A stretch of 64,000 nt of DNA from Octopus vulgaris (lineage: Eukaryota): contig OX597818.1 of the NCBI GenBank assembly GCA_951406725.2, positions 127,038,001-127,102,000 of the forward strand. The letters are read 5' to 3'. Position numbers and translations under genes: made by a program. Positions 52,640 to 64,000 of the stretch are shown here, one piece after another; positions within the stretch are counted from its first letter, which is position 1, and the number at the start of each line of letters is the position of its first letter. The notes under the pieces are model-generated. The model saw only the letters and a program-made list of their open reading frames with translations, had not been told where the DNA came from and did no database searches.

Positions 52640-54060
52640 CAAGAACATGTATAGTACAATTTACCAGCTGGTGTATCATGGGGATCCGTCGTCTCATACA
52701 TTGTTTTCATTGTATATCTATACGAGCTTCCACACACCTCAGTACTTGCAAATGACCCTATACGCAGAAGACATCACACTTACATCCTCCCATCTTAAGC
52801 CTTTGCCTGCCCTCTGTATCACATATGACACACGTAGTAACTTGGAACTTATTAACTGGCAGTTTTATATTACTCAAAATGTATAACACGAGGGCTAACT
52901 AAAAGTCTAAATGCAAGCATAGAAGCTCAAGACAAACTTACAAACATGATTTGTACAGCCTAAGGGTTAATGCAACATCAACCTTCGCAATATGCATAGA
53001 AGACTTATAGAACGCAAACCATGGTACAAACAAACTTTGAGTAATAGATTCCACATTTGGTCAACAGAAAAACATAATAACTATTGTTTACAATTGATCC
53101 ATTAGATCTATCATAGATTATGCTAGCTGTTTCTAGGCCCACAATCTCACGTCAGCAAATTCAATTACCTTCAATGTACTCAAGACATCGAACAATTTTA
53201 TCGCTATGGGTTATATTACATGCACATACAACCTATGCAATGAAACAAAAATTACTTAAAATGAAAAGCGACATGGAGATATGAGAACAGATTTTTTCCA
53301 CTTCACGTTTCAACCTTCATTGTCATTGAGTTTAGATGAAATATCCCCTCACATATGCAGTCACATAAAGAACATTTCGGGCAAACATAAAAGCAACATC
53401 TAAATATCTCGAACACTTCCGTAACACACAGAGAAATAACAACGCCAATAGATTCACTAAACCCTAAGCAATGGGCCGGATATGTACCACCAATTATGAG
53501 TACAAGGAAAGGCAATTGTTGTGATCTGACCCAGGTCATTTTGGCCTCTCCTTGTGCTCATACCAAAATCTGTAAGAGTACAGAACTAGACTTACTAGTA
53601 CAGCGATTGCTGTATGTTGGTTGCCGTAATTTTCCCTAACCATTTATTGCTGCATGATACTTGGCGAAGAAGGGACATAGTATGACTGAGAATTTGTATC
53701 TGTGTCGTATCCTTTCGCTTGATATCTGAGTATTAGATATCAAGCGATATCGGCGAGCTGGCAGAAACGTTAGCACGCCGGGCGAAAGGCGTAGCCGTAT
53801 TTCGTCTGCCGTTTCGTTCTGAGTTCAAATTCCGCCGAGGTCGACTTTGCCTTTCATCCTTTCGGGGTCGATAAATTAAGTACCAGTTACACACTGAGGT
53901 CGATATAATCGACTTAATCCGTTTGTCTGTCCTTGTTTGTCCTCTCTGTGTTTAGCCCCTTGTGGGTAGTAAAGAAATAGATGTCTGAGTATTATATAGT
54001 TACCCAGTCAGGGTAGACCTGGGATTACACAATAAAAACAGCAACTAGAACAACAACAAT
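52640..54060 (+). mobile_element. Degenerate Jockey/I-like LINE 3' part
   Basis: GDPSSHTLFSLYI..LYAEDITL (RT motifs 4-5 like). CAA-rich tail at about 54040. Confidence 0.55.
53751..53979 (+). mobile_element. SINE family B nested in a LINE relic
   Basis: Full consensus with the flanking duplication gat(a/g)tctgagtatta. Confidence 0.9.
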
Positions 54061-55112
54061 ATAGTATGTTACTACACAACTAGAGCAAATAACGTAGCGC
54101 AACACATCGCAGCAGTTCACATCAGATGATCTTACAATATTAACTTATCACTTCCAATGCATCACCTTTACCTCATATTGAATTAAATCCTTCTCACCCC
54201 ACACATCCTACTCCTCCTACACTGTCGTACCTTCACCACTTCCCTCTCTCCTTTATACCGTCACTGTGTATTGCATTACATCAGCATTATATTTCATTAT
54301 ATCGGTTAAAAATTACTCTTTGTTATCTGTTCTATCAGTTAGCGAACGTAATAACTCGTATTAACGTCACTTATTGCGTTTAGCTCGTGATATTTTAATG
54401 CTTGCAACAATTAGCTTCTCTAATATACCTTGTCATCTTTTGCGACATGTTAAAACATAATTTCCGAATAATTTTGAAAAATTAACGACACACACAAAAA
54501 AGAAGTCGAAACAACGACCACAGCAAAATGAATAAATGAATAAAAAGATTATAAAATGAATAGAAATAAAAGCACGAATGAAACAATAGATCACAAGTTT
54601 TAAATATCCGAGCAGATTTTAGATTTGTCCCTTTACGTTCTGAGTTCAAATAAAACCAAGACAGCTTTCTTTTCTTTCTTCATTTTTAAAATATTTTATT
54701 TATTAGTATTATTGCAAATTTTGTTGCTGCGGATTTGGTACACTCTAATACCACTCATTTACTATAATGTTTTTCGAATCACTCGTTCCTCCAGCACTAG
54801 CGTATATATATTGTTTATATATCTTTGATTTTATTGAATAGTGTGTCTTAGGTTAATTGGGTTGAGGAAGTAATTAAATAAGCCTAATACAAAATCAGAA
54901 CCTTTACTATTTACTATGACGACAGGGGCCCTAAAGTAAGAAGTAACAACGGAATAAAACCCCGGATGAAGGAATAAACACTACTATATATAGTGAACCC
55001 CTATCATTCGTTTGTACACCAAAAGGCACAGACATAGGTATACATACATACATACATACATACATACTTACATACATTCATACATACATGCATACATACA
55101 TGCATACATACA

Positions 55113-55201
<89 letters not shown>

Positions 55202-55225
55202 ATATATATATATGTATATATATAT

Positions 55226-56830
55226 ACAGACCAAGTCCATTCTACGGATTACCTAAAACACAAAAATTCACATATTTGCAAAGCTTGCAAAGATTCTCCA
55301 AGCCTATGAATTAATGTTCCCCCCACCCTACTAACCTCAAACTAAGACTCATCATTGTTGAGCAATTTCTTCGACATCCTACTCAAACCATTTCTAAATT
55401 ATGTGAAAAGTTTCAACAGGGATGACTTAGACATGCTTAACCACCTCCCGAAGACAATAAATGAAGGAACCCTGTTAGTATCATTCGATGTGGTGAACTT
55501 GTACACCAATATCCCACACGATTATGGTATAGAAGCAATTACCTTCAGGCTAGAAAAATACCCAGAAGAGATCCCAGGACGCATCAACCACAGATTCATA
55601 ATCGCAGCACTGAAATTCATCCTACTGAACAACTATTTCATGTTCGATACAGTTTACTATCGAGAAAAATGTGGAATTGAAATGGGAACCCGAGCTCCCC
55701 CAGTGATTGCGAACCTTGTAATGGGTTACCTAGAACTTAAAATATACCAATCATCACTACAAAAATGTGGCACCTTATTTCATTGCTATTTAAAGGAGAA
55801 CTGGAAGAGGTATTTGGATGATTGCTTTATACTTTGGAAAGATAACATGGACAAACTCCTCGATTTCAAAATAAGGCTCAACAATATCAATAGCAACATA
55901 TAATTCGCCATGGAACACAGCAACAAACAACTCCCTTTTCTTGACATCCCAATGAAAATAGTCAATAATCACATAGAAACAGACATCTTCTATAAACCCA
56001 CAGATTCAAAACAGTACCTATTATTCAACTCATGCCACCCCAAACACATAAAAATTAATATACCTTATAATCTAGCAGAAAGAATCTGTATCATAGTTTC
56101 GGACGCCAATAATTGTGAACGAAGACTCCTTGAACTCAGATCAATACCAATCGAGAGACATTACCCTAAATCATTAATAAATGATGGGATTAAACAAGCA
56201 AAGGAAATAGACATACGAACATTAAGGGAAGTTAACCAGACTTAAGAATACTCCCATACATCTAACCCTAGAAACAATGAAGCCTTCGAAATTATCATAC
56301 AAAATCTACCCATTCTCACATGAAATAATGTACAAAATTTTAGACTCACACAACATTATCAAGAGTAAAATGCAACCGAAATCATTGAAAAAATATTAAC
56401 CAACGCAATTCTGTATCCATTAACAACGGAACCAAAAGTGAAAAAATGCAATCGGCCTAACTGTGGCATATGCCCCCACATTTTGGAAGGTACAGAGTTC
56501 CACTTTGAACAAGGTGAAATATTTAAATCAAATTTCACTTGTACCTTGGAAAACCTAATCTATGCCATTATCTGCTTAGGGTGTAGTAATCAATATATTG
56601 GCCAAACAGGAATATCACTCCGTCGAAGAACCACCCTTCACAAAAAACAAATCCGCCACGCACAATACAGTCAGATACGGGTCCGTGAACACGTAGAAAG
56701 GAAGCTTAATCCTAACTTTCTAAATTTCCCCTTCTATCAACGTCTATCAATGTTCTCAGAACAACTCAGTACAGCAAAGAATGAACAAAGAGGCAACTTT
56801 CATCAATAGATTCCAACCACAATTTAACAT
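55226..56830 (+). mobile_element. Penelope-like element (Neptune-type) RT plus GIY-YIG, 5'-truncated pseudogene
   Basis: FYGLPK, LVSFDVVNLYTNIP, GIEMGT, RYLDDCF, LPFLDI, FYKPTDSKQYL..SCHP, a CxxxxCxxC linker and NLIYAIICLGCSNQYIGQTG..LRRR. It begins at a (TA)n tract. Confidence 0.93.
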
Positions 56831-56859
56831 GAGCACATAACATGATACAGAACACTACT

Positions 56860-57005
56860 AACCTTACAACAAACACAACACATGTATTTGTTTAATAATC
56901 GGGAAGTGAGAAAGTCTTTTACGTTTCGAGCCGACGCTCTCCAACAGAAAGGAACACAGAAAATAAAAGTGAGAGAAAATGAAAAAGGTTTAGTGGTTAG
57001 CGATC
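56860..57005 (-). mobile_element. Inverted pseudo-LTR with a hammerhead-like motif (56914-56955)
   Basis: Minus strand reads cttt-CTGTTGG-a-GAGC-gtcg-GCTC-GAAA-CGTA-aaag. Homologous to 16841-17036. Confidence 0.65.
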
Positions 57006-57027
57006 TCTCTCTCTCTCTCTCTCTCTA

Positions 57028-57074
<47 letters not shown>

Positions 57075-57077
<3 letters not shown>

Positions 57078-57449
57078 TTATTCTTTTATTTGTTTCAGCC
57101 ATTTGACTTCGGCCATGCTGCTTCACCGCTCTGAAGAACTTTAGTCAAATGAACCAACCTCAGTACTTTTTCCTTTGATTTTTTAACTCCTGAAACTTAC
57201 TCTAATGCCCTCTTTTACCGAACCGCAAAGTTACGGAGACGTAAATGCACCAACACCGGTTGTCAAGCAATAATATGGGACTTACACACACACATGACGG
57301 GCTTCTTTTAGGTTCTGTCTACCAAATCTACTCACAAGGTCTTGGTCGGCCTGAGGATATAGTAGAAGACGCTTGCCCAAGGTGCCTCGCAGTGGGACTG
57401 AACCCGGAACCATGTGGTTTGGAAGCAAGTTTCTTATCACATAGCCACT

Positions 57450-57452
<3 letters not shown>
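57075..57452 (-). mobile_element. SINE family A, diverged
   Basis: cgcagtgggactgaacccggaaccatgtgg and tail motifs. Confidence 0.8.
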
Positions 57453-57508
<56 letters not shown>

Positions 57509-57919
57509 TATCTTTTTTATTCGTTTCACTGTTTAGACTGCGACTATGCAGGAGGACCACCTTGAAGAACTATTAATCGAAGGAATCGACCTTAGTACTT
57601 TCTTCACGTCCCATACTTATTCTATCGGTCACTTTGCAAACCGATAAGTTACGGAGACATAAACAAACCAGCACCGCTTCTCAAGCGTTGGGGTGGGTAC
57701 AAACACACATAAACACACACTCAAAGATACACACACACAACATGCACTGCATACAAAGTCATTCATTTTTATGTACACACAGACATATACACACATGTGT
57801 GTTAGTGTGTCTGTAATGCTTTTTATATGTGTGTGTGTGTGTCTTTGTACAAATGTCTATCTATCTATTTCTCTCTTTGTCTGCCTTTCTCTCTCGCTAC
57901 ACACATATATATATATATA

Positions 57920-58180
57920 CAGATAAAGGGTGAAATATAATTAATTTAATAAAATCAACAAATTTCACCAAGTAGTGTTTCGGTATGGAAAAGGACCATA
58001 TTCGGTAAAAGTTTATATAATTATAACAAAGAGGGTCTTTGCAACAAGCTGCTAGACCATATACCGAAAGTATTAGAAATAGCAGCCAGAGGACTGTTAT
58101 TTCTTTTACTACAAAAATATGTCTCCACAGACAATAGTATTTGCAACTCAAGCAACTTGTTGCAAAGACCCTCTTTGTTA

Positions 58181-58190
<10 letters not shown>
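57920..58190. repeat. (TA)n-embedded element with a 39-bp inverted repeat
   Basis: ataattataacaaagagggtctttgcaacaag(c/t)tgct at 58015-58053 and 58151-58189. Confidence 0.85.
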
Positions 58191-58216
<26 letters not shown>

Positions 58217-58245
58217 AATATATATATATATATACTTATTTATAC

Positions 58246-58391
<146 letters not shown>

Positions 58392-58435
58392 TACATTATA
58401 TATACGTATATATATATATATATACTTATTTATAC

Positions 58436-58485
<50 letters not shown>

Positions 58486-58989
58486 TTATTCATATGCATG
58501 TATGCATTTGTGCCTTGTGTCTATGTGTTTGTGTGCATGTGTGCGCGCACGTGTCACTGTGAATCCTAGACACAAATGTATAAATGAATTTTTATCAACC
58601 TACATAAAACGGAAAGAGAAAATGGGGAGGAGAGATGATTATGAGGATGATGTTGATGATGTTGATGATGACAATGACGATGACGATGATAATGATGAAA
58701 CACAGTTGCATGGCACTACGGATGAGAAAGTGGAAAGCTTCAGTAATTATGTTGGATGAGTTTTGTTGCTGATGTTGTTGTTGTTGTTTGTGGTGGTTGC
58801 GATGGTGTTGGTGGTGATGATGCAGGTATTAGTGGAAATGGGTGGTGGTGGTGGTGGTGGTGGTGGTGGTGGCGGTGGTGGTGGTGGTGGTAGCGTCGAT
58901 GGAGGGTTAATGGTTCTAAGTACAGAGAGATGAGTTGGTGTTAACTGAAAGAAAAAAAAGATTAGTGATTGAACTAGCAGCAGCAGAAG

Positions 58990-59430
58990 TGGAGGAAGAA
59001 GAAGAAGAAGGTGAAGAAGAAGAAGAAGAAGAAGAAGAAGAAGAAGAAGAAGAAGAAGAAGAAGAAGAAGAAGAAGAAGGAGAAGAAGAAGAAGAAGAAG
59101 AAGAAGAAGGAGAAGAAGAAGGAGAAGAAGAAGAAGAAGAAGAAGAAGGAGGAGGAGAAGAAGGAGAAGAAGAAGAAGAAGAAGAAGAAGAAAAAGAAAA
59201 TGAAGAAGAAGAAAAAAGAAAATGAAGAAGAAAAAAGAAAATGAAGAAGAAAAAAGAAAATGAAGAAGGAGAAGTAGAAAAAGAAAATGAAGAAGAAGTA
59301 GAAAAAGAAAATGAAGAAGAAGAAGAAGAAGAAGAAGAAGAAGAAGAAGAAGAAGAAGAAGAAGAAGAAGAAGAAGAAGAAGAAGAAGAAGAAGAAGAAG
59401 AAGAAGAAGAAGAAGAAGAAGAAGAATGAA
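58990..59430. repeat. (GAA)n microsatellite
   Basis: Directly visible. It is the source of the poly-E/K/L ORFs. Confidence 0.98.
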
Positions 59431-59579
59431 TGAATGAATGAAATGATTGATAGATGCGTGGTTGGATGACATTAGAAGAGTTGGAAATGAAGGAAAATGT
59501 ATAAGAAAAATGAAAACAAAGAGGCGGATGGATGAGATACGAAACATAAAGGAAGATTTTAGAGGATTTAGAAAATTAA

Positions 59580-59639
<60 letters not shown>

Positions 59640-59779
59640 TGACTAGAAAAGAAGAGGGACAGATGGAGGCGGCAGAAGATAATGAAAAGATGCGCCAAAG
59701 GAAAAAGAGCAGTTGTGATGTTGATAATATTGGAGATAATACTGAAGTTGGGAATGAAAGATGGTGATAGGGATGGTGA

Positions 59780-60052
59780 TGTTGCTGATGATGATGATGA
59801 TGAGAATGATGGTGTCGATGACGATGATTATGATGATGATGATGACGATGATGATGATGATGAAGAGGGGGAGGAAGAGGAAGCGGAAGGTGAGGGGCAC
59901 GCTGGTTATGGAAATCTCAGAGACGTTGACTGAGGATGCTGGTGATGTTGATGGCAATGAAGATATTGGTGACAAAGGTGGTGATGATGATGATGATGAT
60001 GATGATGATGACGATGACGAGAGTAACGATGACGATGATAATGATGATGATA

Positions 60053-60087
<35 letters not shown>

Positions 60088-60119
60088 AATAATGATGATG
60101 ATGATGATGATGATGATTG

Positions 60120-60171
<52 letters not shown>

Positions 60172-60385
60172 AATGATGATGGTGATGATGATGATGATGA
60201 TGATGATGATGACAATGATGGTAGCAGTGGTGTTGATGATAACGACGATGACGATGATTAAAAATGAAAAGCTTGGAATAGGAAAAGTGAGGCAGTTATT
60301 ATTATTGATGATACTGATGATGATGATGATGATGACGATGACGACGGCGACGATTACTATGATGATGATGATGATGATGATGATG
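59780..60385. repeat. (GAT)n microsatellite region
   Basis: Directly visible. It is the source of the poly-D/M/S ORFs. Confidence 0.97.
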
Positions 60386-61079
60386 GTGCCATGTGAAGGT
60401 GGTCTCGGTGTAGGAAGAGCAGATAAAAAAAGCGAAGGAAGACAACGTTGATGATGATGCTGGTTAGGTTAATGAATTTAATGTTACACTTGTTGATAAA
60501 AGACTCTTCTTTTATTTCTTCCGTTTGATATTGTCGACACCAAAAGTTTTTACAAGTAATAAATATAAACTGGATTTTTTTTTTCTTTTTCCTTCTGTGA
60601 CAGAATAAATGTGTGGTGTCATTTCTAGAATATGATTGAGTAGAGAAGTCTTTGACCGCTTTGAGCGCATCATATAAGCAAATCGATGCTAGCATGCATC
60701 CGTGAAGCTAAATTACTTTGGAAATCACCTTTTCTTTACTTCCCACTCATCCTATCCATTTACTCATCAAACTACTTTTGTATCTAAGCATAAAATACTC
60801 TACATTTCAGGATGGGGGATAAGAAGTGGTAGCATTCATGCCTTTTCTTGTGTTAATGTTGTGGTCGGGGATACGAAAATTAATCCAAAAGGTTAGCCAA
60901 GCCACATCGCGGGCACCATTCGTTACATGACGAAATGTTGATTCAAAATGCCTCACCTAATATTATATATATCTGTGTGTGTGTGCGTGTGTATGTTTGT
61001 GTGTGTGTGTGTGTGTGTATGTTTGTGTGTGCGTCTGTGTGTGTGTGTATATATGTATATATAAAATAAAATATATGCG

Positions 61080-61322
61080 CCCTTTTAAAGCCAAGTCAGG
61101 CTCATGGGCCCGGTTTCCCGGTTTCTATGGCGTATGTGCTCCCCAGCCGTACGGGTCGCCAGTCCATCGCACTGTTACTCATTTTTGCCAGCTGTGTGGA
61201 CTGGAGCAACGTTAAATGAAGTGTTTTGCTCAAGAACACAACGCGTCGCCCGGTCCAGGAATCGAAACCACAGTCTTGCGATCATGATGCTGACACCCTA
61301 ACCACTAAGCCGCGCGCCTCCA
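61080..61322 (-). mobile_element. tRNA-headed SINE (other family)
   Basis: Minus-strand head gtggaggcgcgcggcttagtggttagggtg...gtttcgattcc. Confidence 0.7.
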
Positions 61323-61335
61323 CGCACTCACGTAC

Positions 61336-61366
<31 letters not shown>

Positions 61367-62005
61367 TATTTATATATATACAGAGAGAGAGAGAGAGAGA
61401 GAGAAAACAAATAGTGAAGGATTATCAATCCGGACAAAATACTTCATAAATTTTCTGCTGGCTCACCAGGCTAACAATATTCCCTAAATTGAAGAACTCC
61501 AGGTAATCTTTTGGTAGAGTCCCATCTATGGTTCATCACAATTTTATATCGTAAATCCGTAGATGGGCTCCAGATGAACTGTTTTTGTTCTCGTTTTTCT
61601 TTTTTTTTTTTTTTTCACAGAGTGATATATATAAGAAATCAGCTAAAAATAATAGTCCTTACATATAATTCCTTTATTTGAAAAAATTTGGCTTACAACA
61701 GTTTCCAGTAGTCATTATCGGTACATTGTTAATAGCTTTACTCAATTGGTCTATTGGATCAATTGAGACAAATTGAAGATCTAAGAAAATTAATGCTACT
61801 TTCGTTAGAGCCATTTCTGGATATAACAAGCAGAGCACTTGAGGAATTGCGAGTTTGTAGGGAAGGTGGGGGAAGATTGGGATGTTCAAGTAAATTAGAG
61901 AAAGAGAGGTTACAAAGGGGTGGAAGCAAGTAAGGGATTAGTATGGGAGTCACTTAGTAGAAGTAGGGGCACTGAGCCGAATACACTAACCATTACGCAC
62001 GCGCC

Positions 62006-62052
<47 letters not shown>

Positions 62053-62116
62053 AAACCTATGGTATAATCATAAACAGGGAAAATTTTAGCCGTTTCTCTG
62101 CAGACTGAAAAAAAAA

Positions 62117-62180
62117 TAATGAACCTTCATTTCGAATCTTACTGGGTTCTCATCAGAGGTGTCTACACCATTCTGACAGT
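62117..62180 (-). ncRNA. Candidate degenerate hammerhead motif
   Basis: Minus strand reads CTGATGA-GAAC-ccagtaag-ATTC-GAAA-TGAAGGTTCAT. The core boxes are intact, but the stem I/III assignment is ambiguous. Confidence 0.4.
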
Positions 62181-62189
62181 CTCCAGATA

Positions 62190-62392
<203 letters not shown>

Positions 62393-62397
62393 GTACA

Positions 62398-62680
62398 GGC
62401 GCGTGGCTTAGTGGTTAAGGTATTCGGCTCACAAGCGCAAGGTCGTGAGTTCAATTCTCGGTAATGCGTTGTCTCCTTGAGTAAGACACTTTATTTCACG
62501 TTGCTTCAGTCCACTCATCTGGCAAAAATGAGTAGCACCTGTATTTCATAGGGCCAGACTTGTCACACACTGTGTCGCTTAATAATTAAGCACTGGTGTC
62601 GATTCGTTCGATTAAAACCCGTCAAGGTAGTGTCACACCTTGGCTGCAGTTCAATGGCTAAAACAAGTAAATAGATAAGA
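62398..62680 (+). mobile_element. SINE with a C-like head/body and an A-like tail
   Basis: Head ggcgcgtggcttagtgg, then acctgtatttcatagggccagacttgtcac (C-like), then tggctgcagttcaatggctaaaacaagtaaa (A-like). Confidence 0.65.
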
Positions 62681-64000
62681 TACAGTTTTTATTTATTTAT
62701 TTATTCATTTAGGCACGGATCTAATAAATATTCATAGGGTATTTGTAGAATACATTGATATAATTGAAACCCAGTCGACAGTATTTAAGATTTTCTTTAC
62801 TGAATCCGAAATTTTAAAATCTAATTTCGTCCTACATGTAGCAGCGCATTGGCACGACTACATTAGCTTCCACCTTTCTATTTTCCAATTAGATATTGAT
62901 GCTATAGAATTAAACGGCCACACAAGCCACTAATCGAGAATATCCTGCATGCTCAAGCGTGACTGAGCTATCAAGAATGTTTCCTATTGTCAGTGGAATC
63001 GAGAGATTCCTCCCCGTCTGAACCTTGCTAATGACAATTAGCATGCTATAAAGTCTGTCGAGTTAGATATAAGAAAATAGCTGGCATGTACAGGAAGAGC
63101 TCACCATTGTAATTAGTAAAATCACTGATAATTAACATTTGGTTAACATGGCTGTGCCCGCTAATGTTGAATACTTTGGTTGGACCATAGATGGAAGAGT
63201 AACAGTCTACTTCGCCACGAGTCTTGAAATCGACTGTGTAGATTCTTCACCGAATTTTTCACTGTTTAACGGAGAATTCGAGATTTAACAATATCCTTTT
63301 AAAATACGCAACATCTTTTAGCTGAAAGAAATGATAGAAATCTTTCGCTATTAGTAGAAAAGTGAAATAATAATTCGCATTGTAAATAGAGCAATGGTTC
63401 TTCTTCAAACCCCAACATACATAATTAAGTCCCAAACAATACAGTGTGAGGACGCGTAGCCCAGTGGTTATGATGTTGGAAGATCGTGGTCACGATTGTC
63501 GGGCTGGGCAGTGCATTGTCTTCTTCACGTTGCTCCTGTCCTCTCAGCTATAAATTACTAAATCTGCGACAGTCTGGCGTCCCACTCAGGAGGTATTTCG
63601 TGATCTCGGTACTCATATGCCATGGAAACCCAGTACCCTGCACAGTGAATCCTAGGGCTCAAGATAGTAATAGCCATGAGACTTAAACAATGAACACATA
63701 TTTTCAGTTTGGCTTTCACTTTTCAAATCCTTCAATTTTGCTCCGATTTATTTCGGATTTGGTATATTGATATAGTTTTGCATGCTGATAATGGAAATTA
63801 AATTCATTTTTGCCATAAATCAATAAATAAAAATTGAATGGCTCTTAAAACTCGCAAATCTTGCGTAATTTTAGCCAATCAAAAGCCACAGACATTGTTG
63901 CCTATTTCTATAGTAATACGCCAAGATATTGTGTAAAGTGCTTACCCGTCTGTTGCCAACTTGCGTAACCTTCCGTATATGATGGAGAAATTAAAAACCA

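Noticed and set aside
54905-54950. atgacga-c-agggg-ccct-aaag as a hammerhead upstream of the Penelope ORF
   Set aside because: Both core boxes deviate, and the stem II loop is sterically impossible.
58747-60451. Poly-E/K/L/D/M/S ORFs up to 266 aa
   Set aside because: They are translations of (GAA)n, (GGT)n and (GAT)n repeats, with no domain or splice support.
61674-61953. Two overlapping minus-strand ORFs as an exon or retroelement
   Set aside because: No recognisable motif, so it cannot be supported without a search.

Overview
AT-rich eukaryotic non-coding DNA (intron or intergenic), most likely from an octopus/coleoid cephalopod. That assignment is inferred from the tRNA-derived SINE families and the very high (TA)n/(TATG)n/(GATA)n density. 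No intact host gene is supported. Almost all long ORFs are microsatellite read-throughs or transposon relics: Penelope-like elements (PLEs), CR1-like, RTE, Dong/R4, Tx1/L1-like, Tc1/mariner, piggyBac, a Helitron and three SINE families. The most notable signal is a set of short fold-back elements embedded in (TA)n tracts that carry hammerhead ribozyme (HHR) motifs. Three have canonical catalytic cores (18687-18772 +, 21680-21729 +, 47145-47192 -). One is a mirror copy with a core mutation. Four are minimal HHRs with covarying stem I, and a few more are degenerate. Some lie directly in PLE pseudo-LTRs, others in non-coding retrozyme-like units. Different retroelement clades appear to sort into different microsatellites: PLE/HHR in (TA)n, Tx1-like in (GATA)n, Dong/R4 at (AAT)n. 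All calls were made by eye, so element boundaries are approximate.
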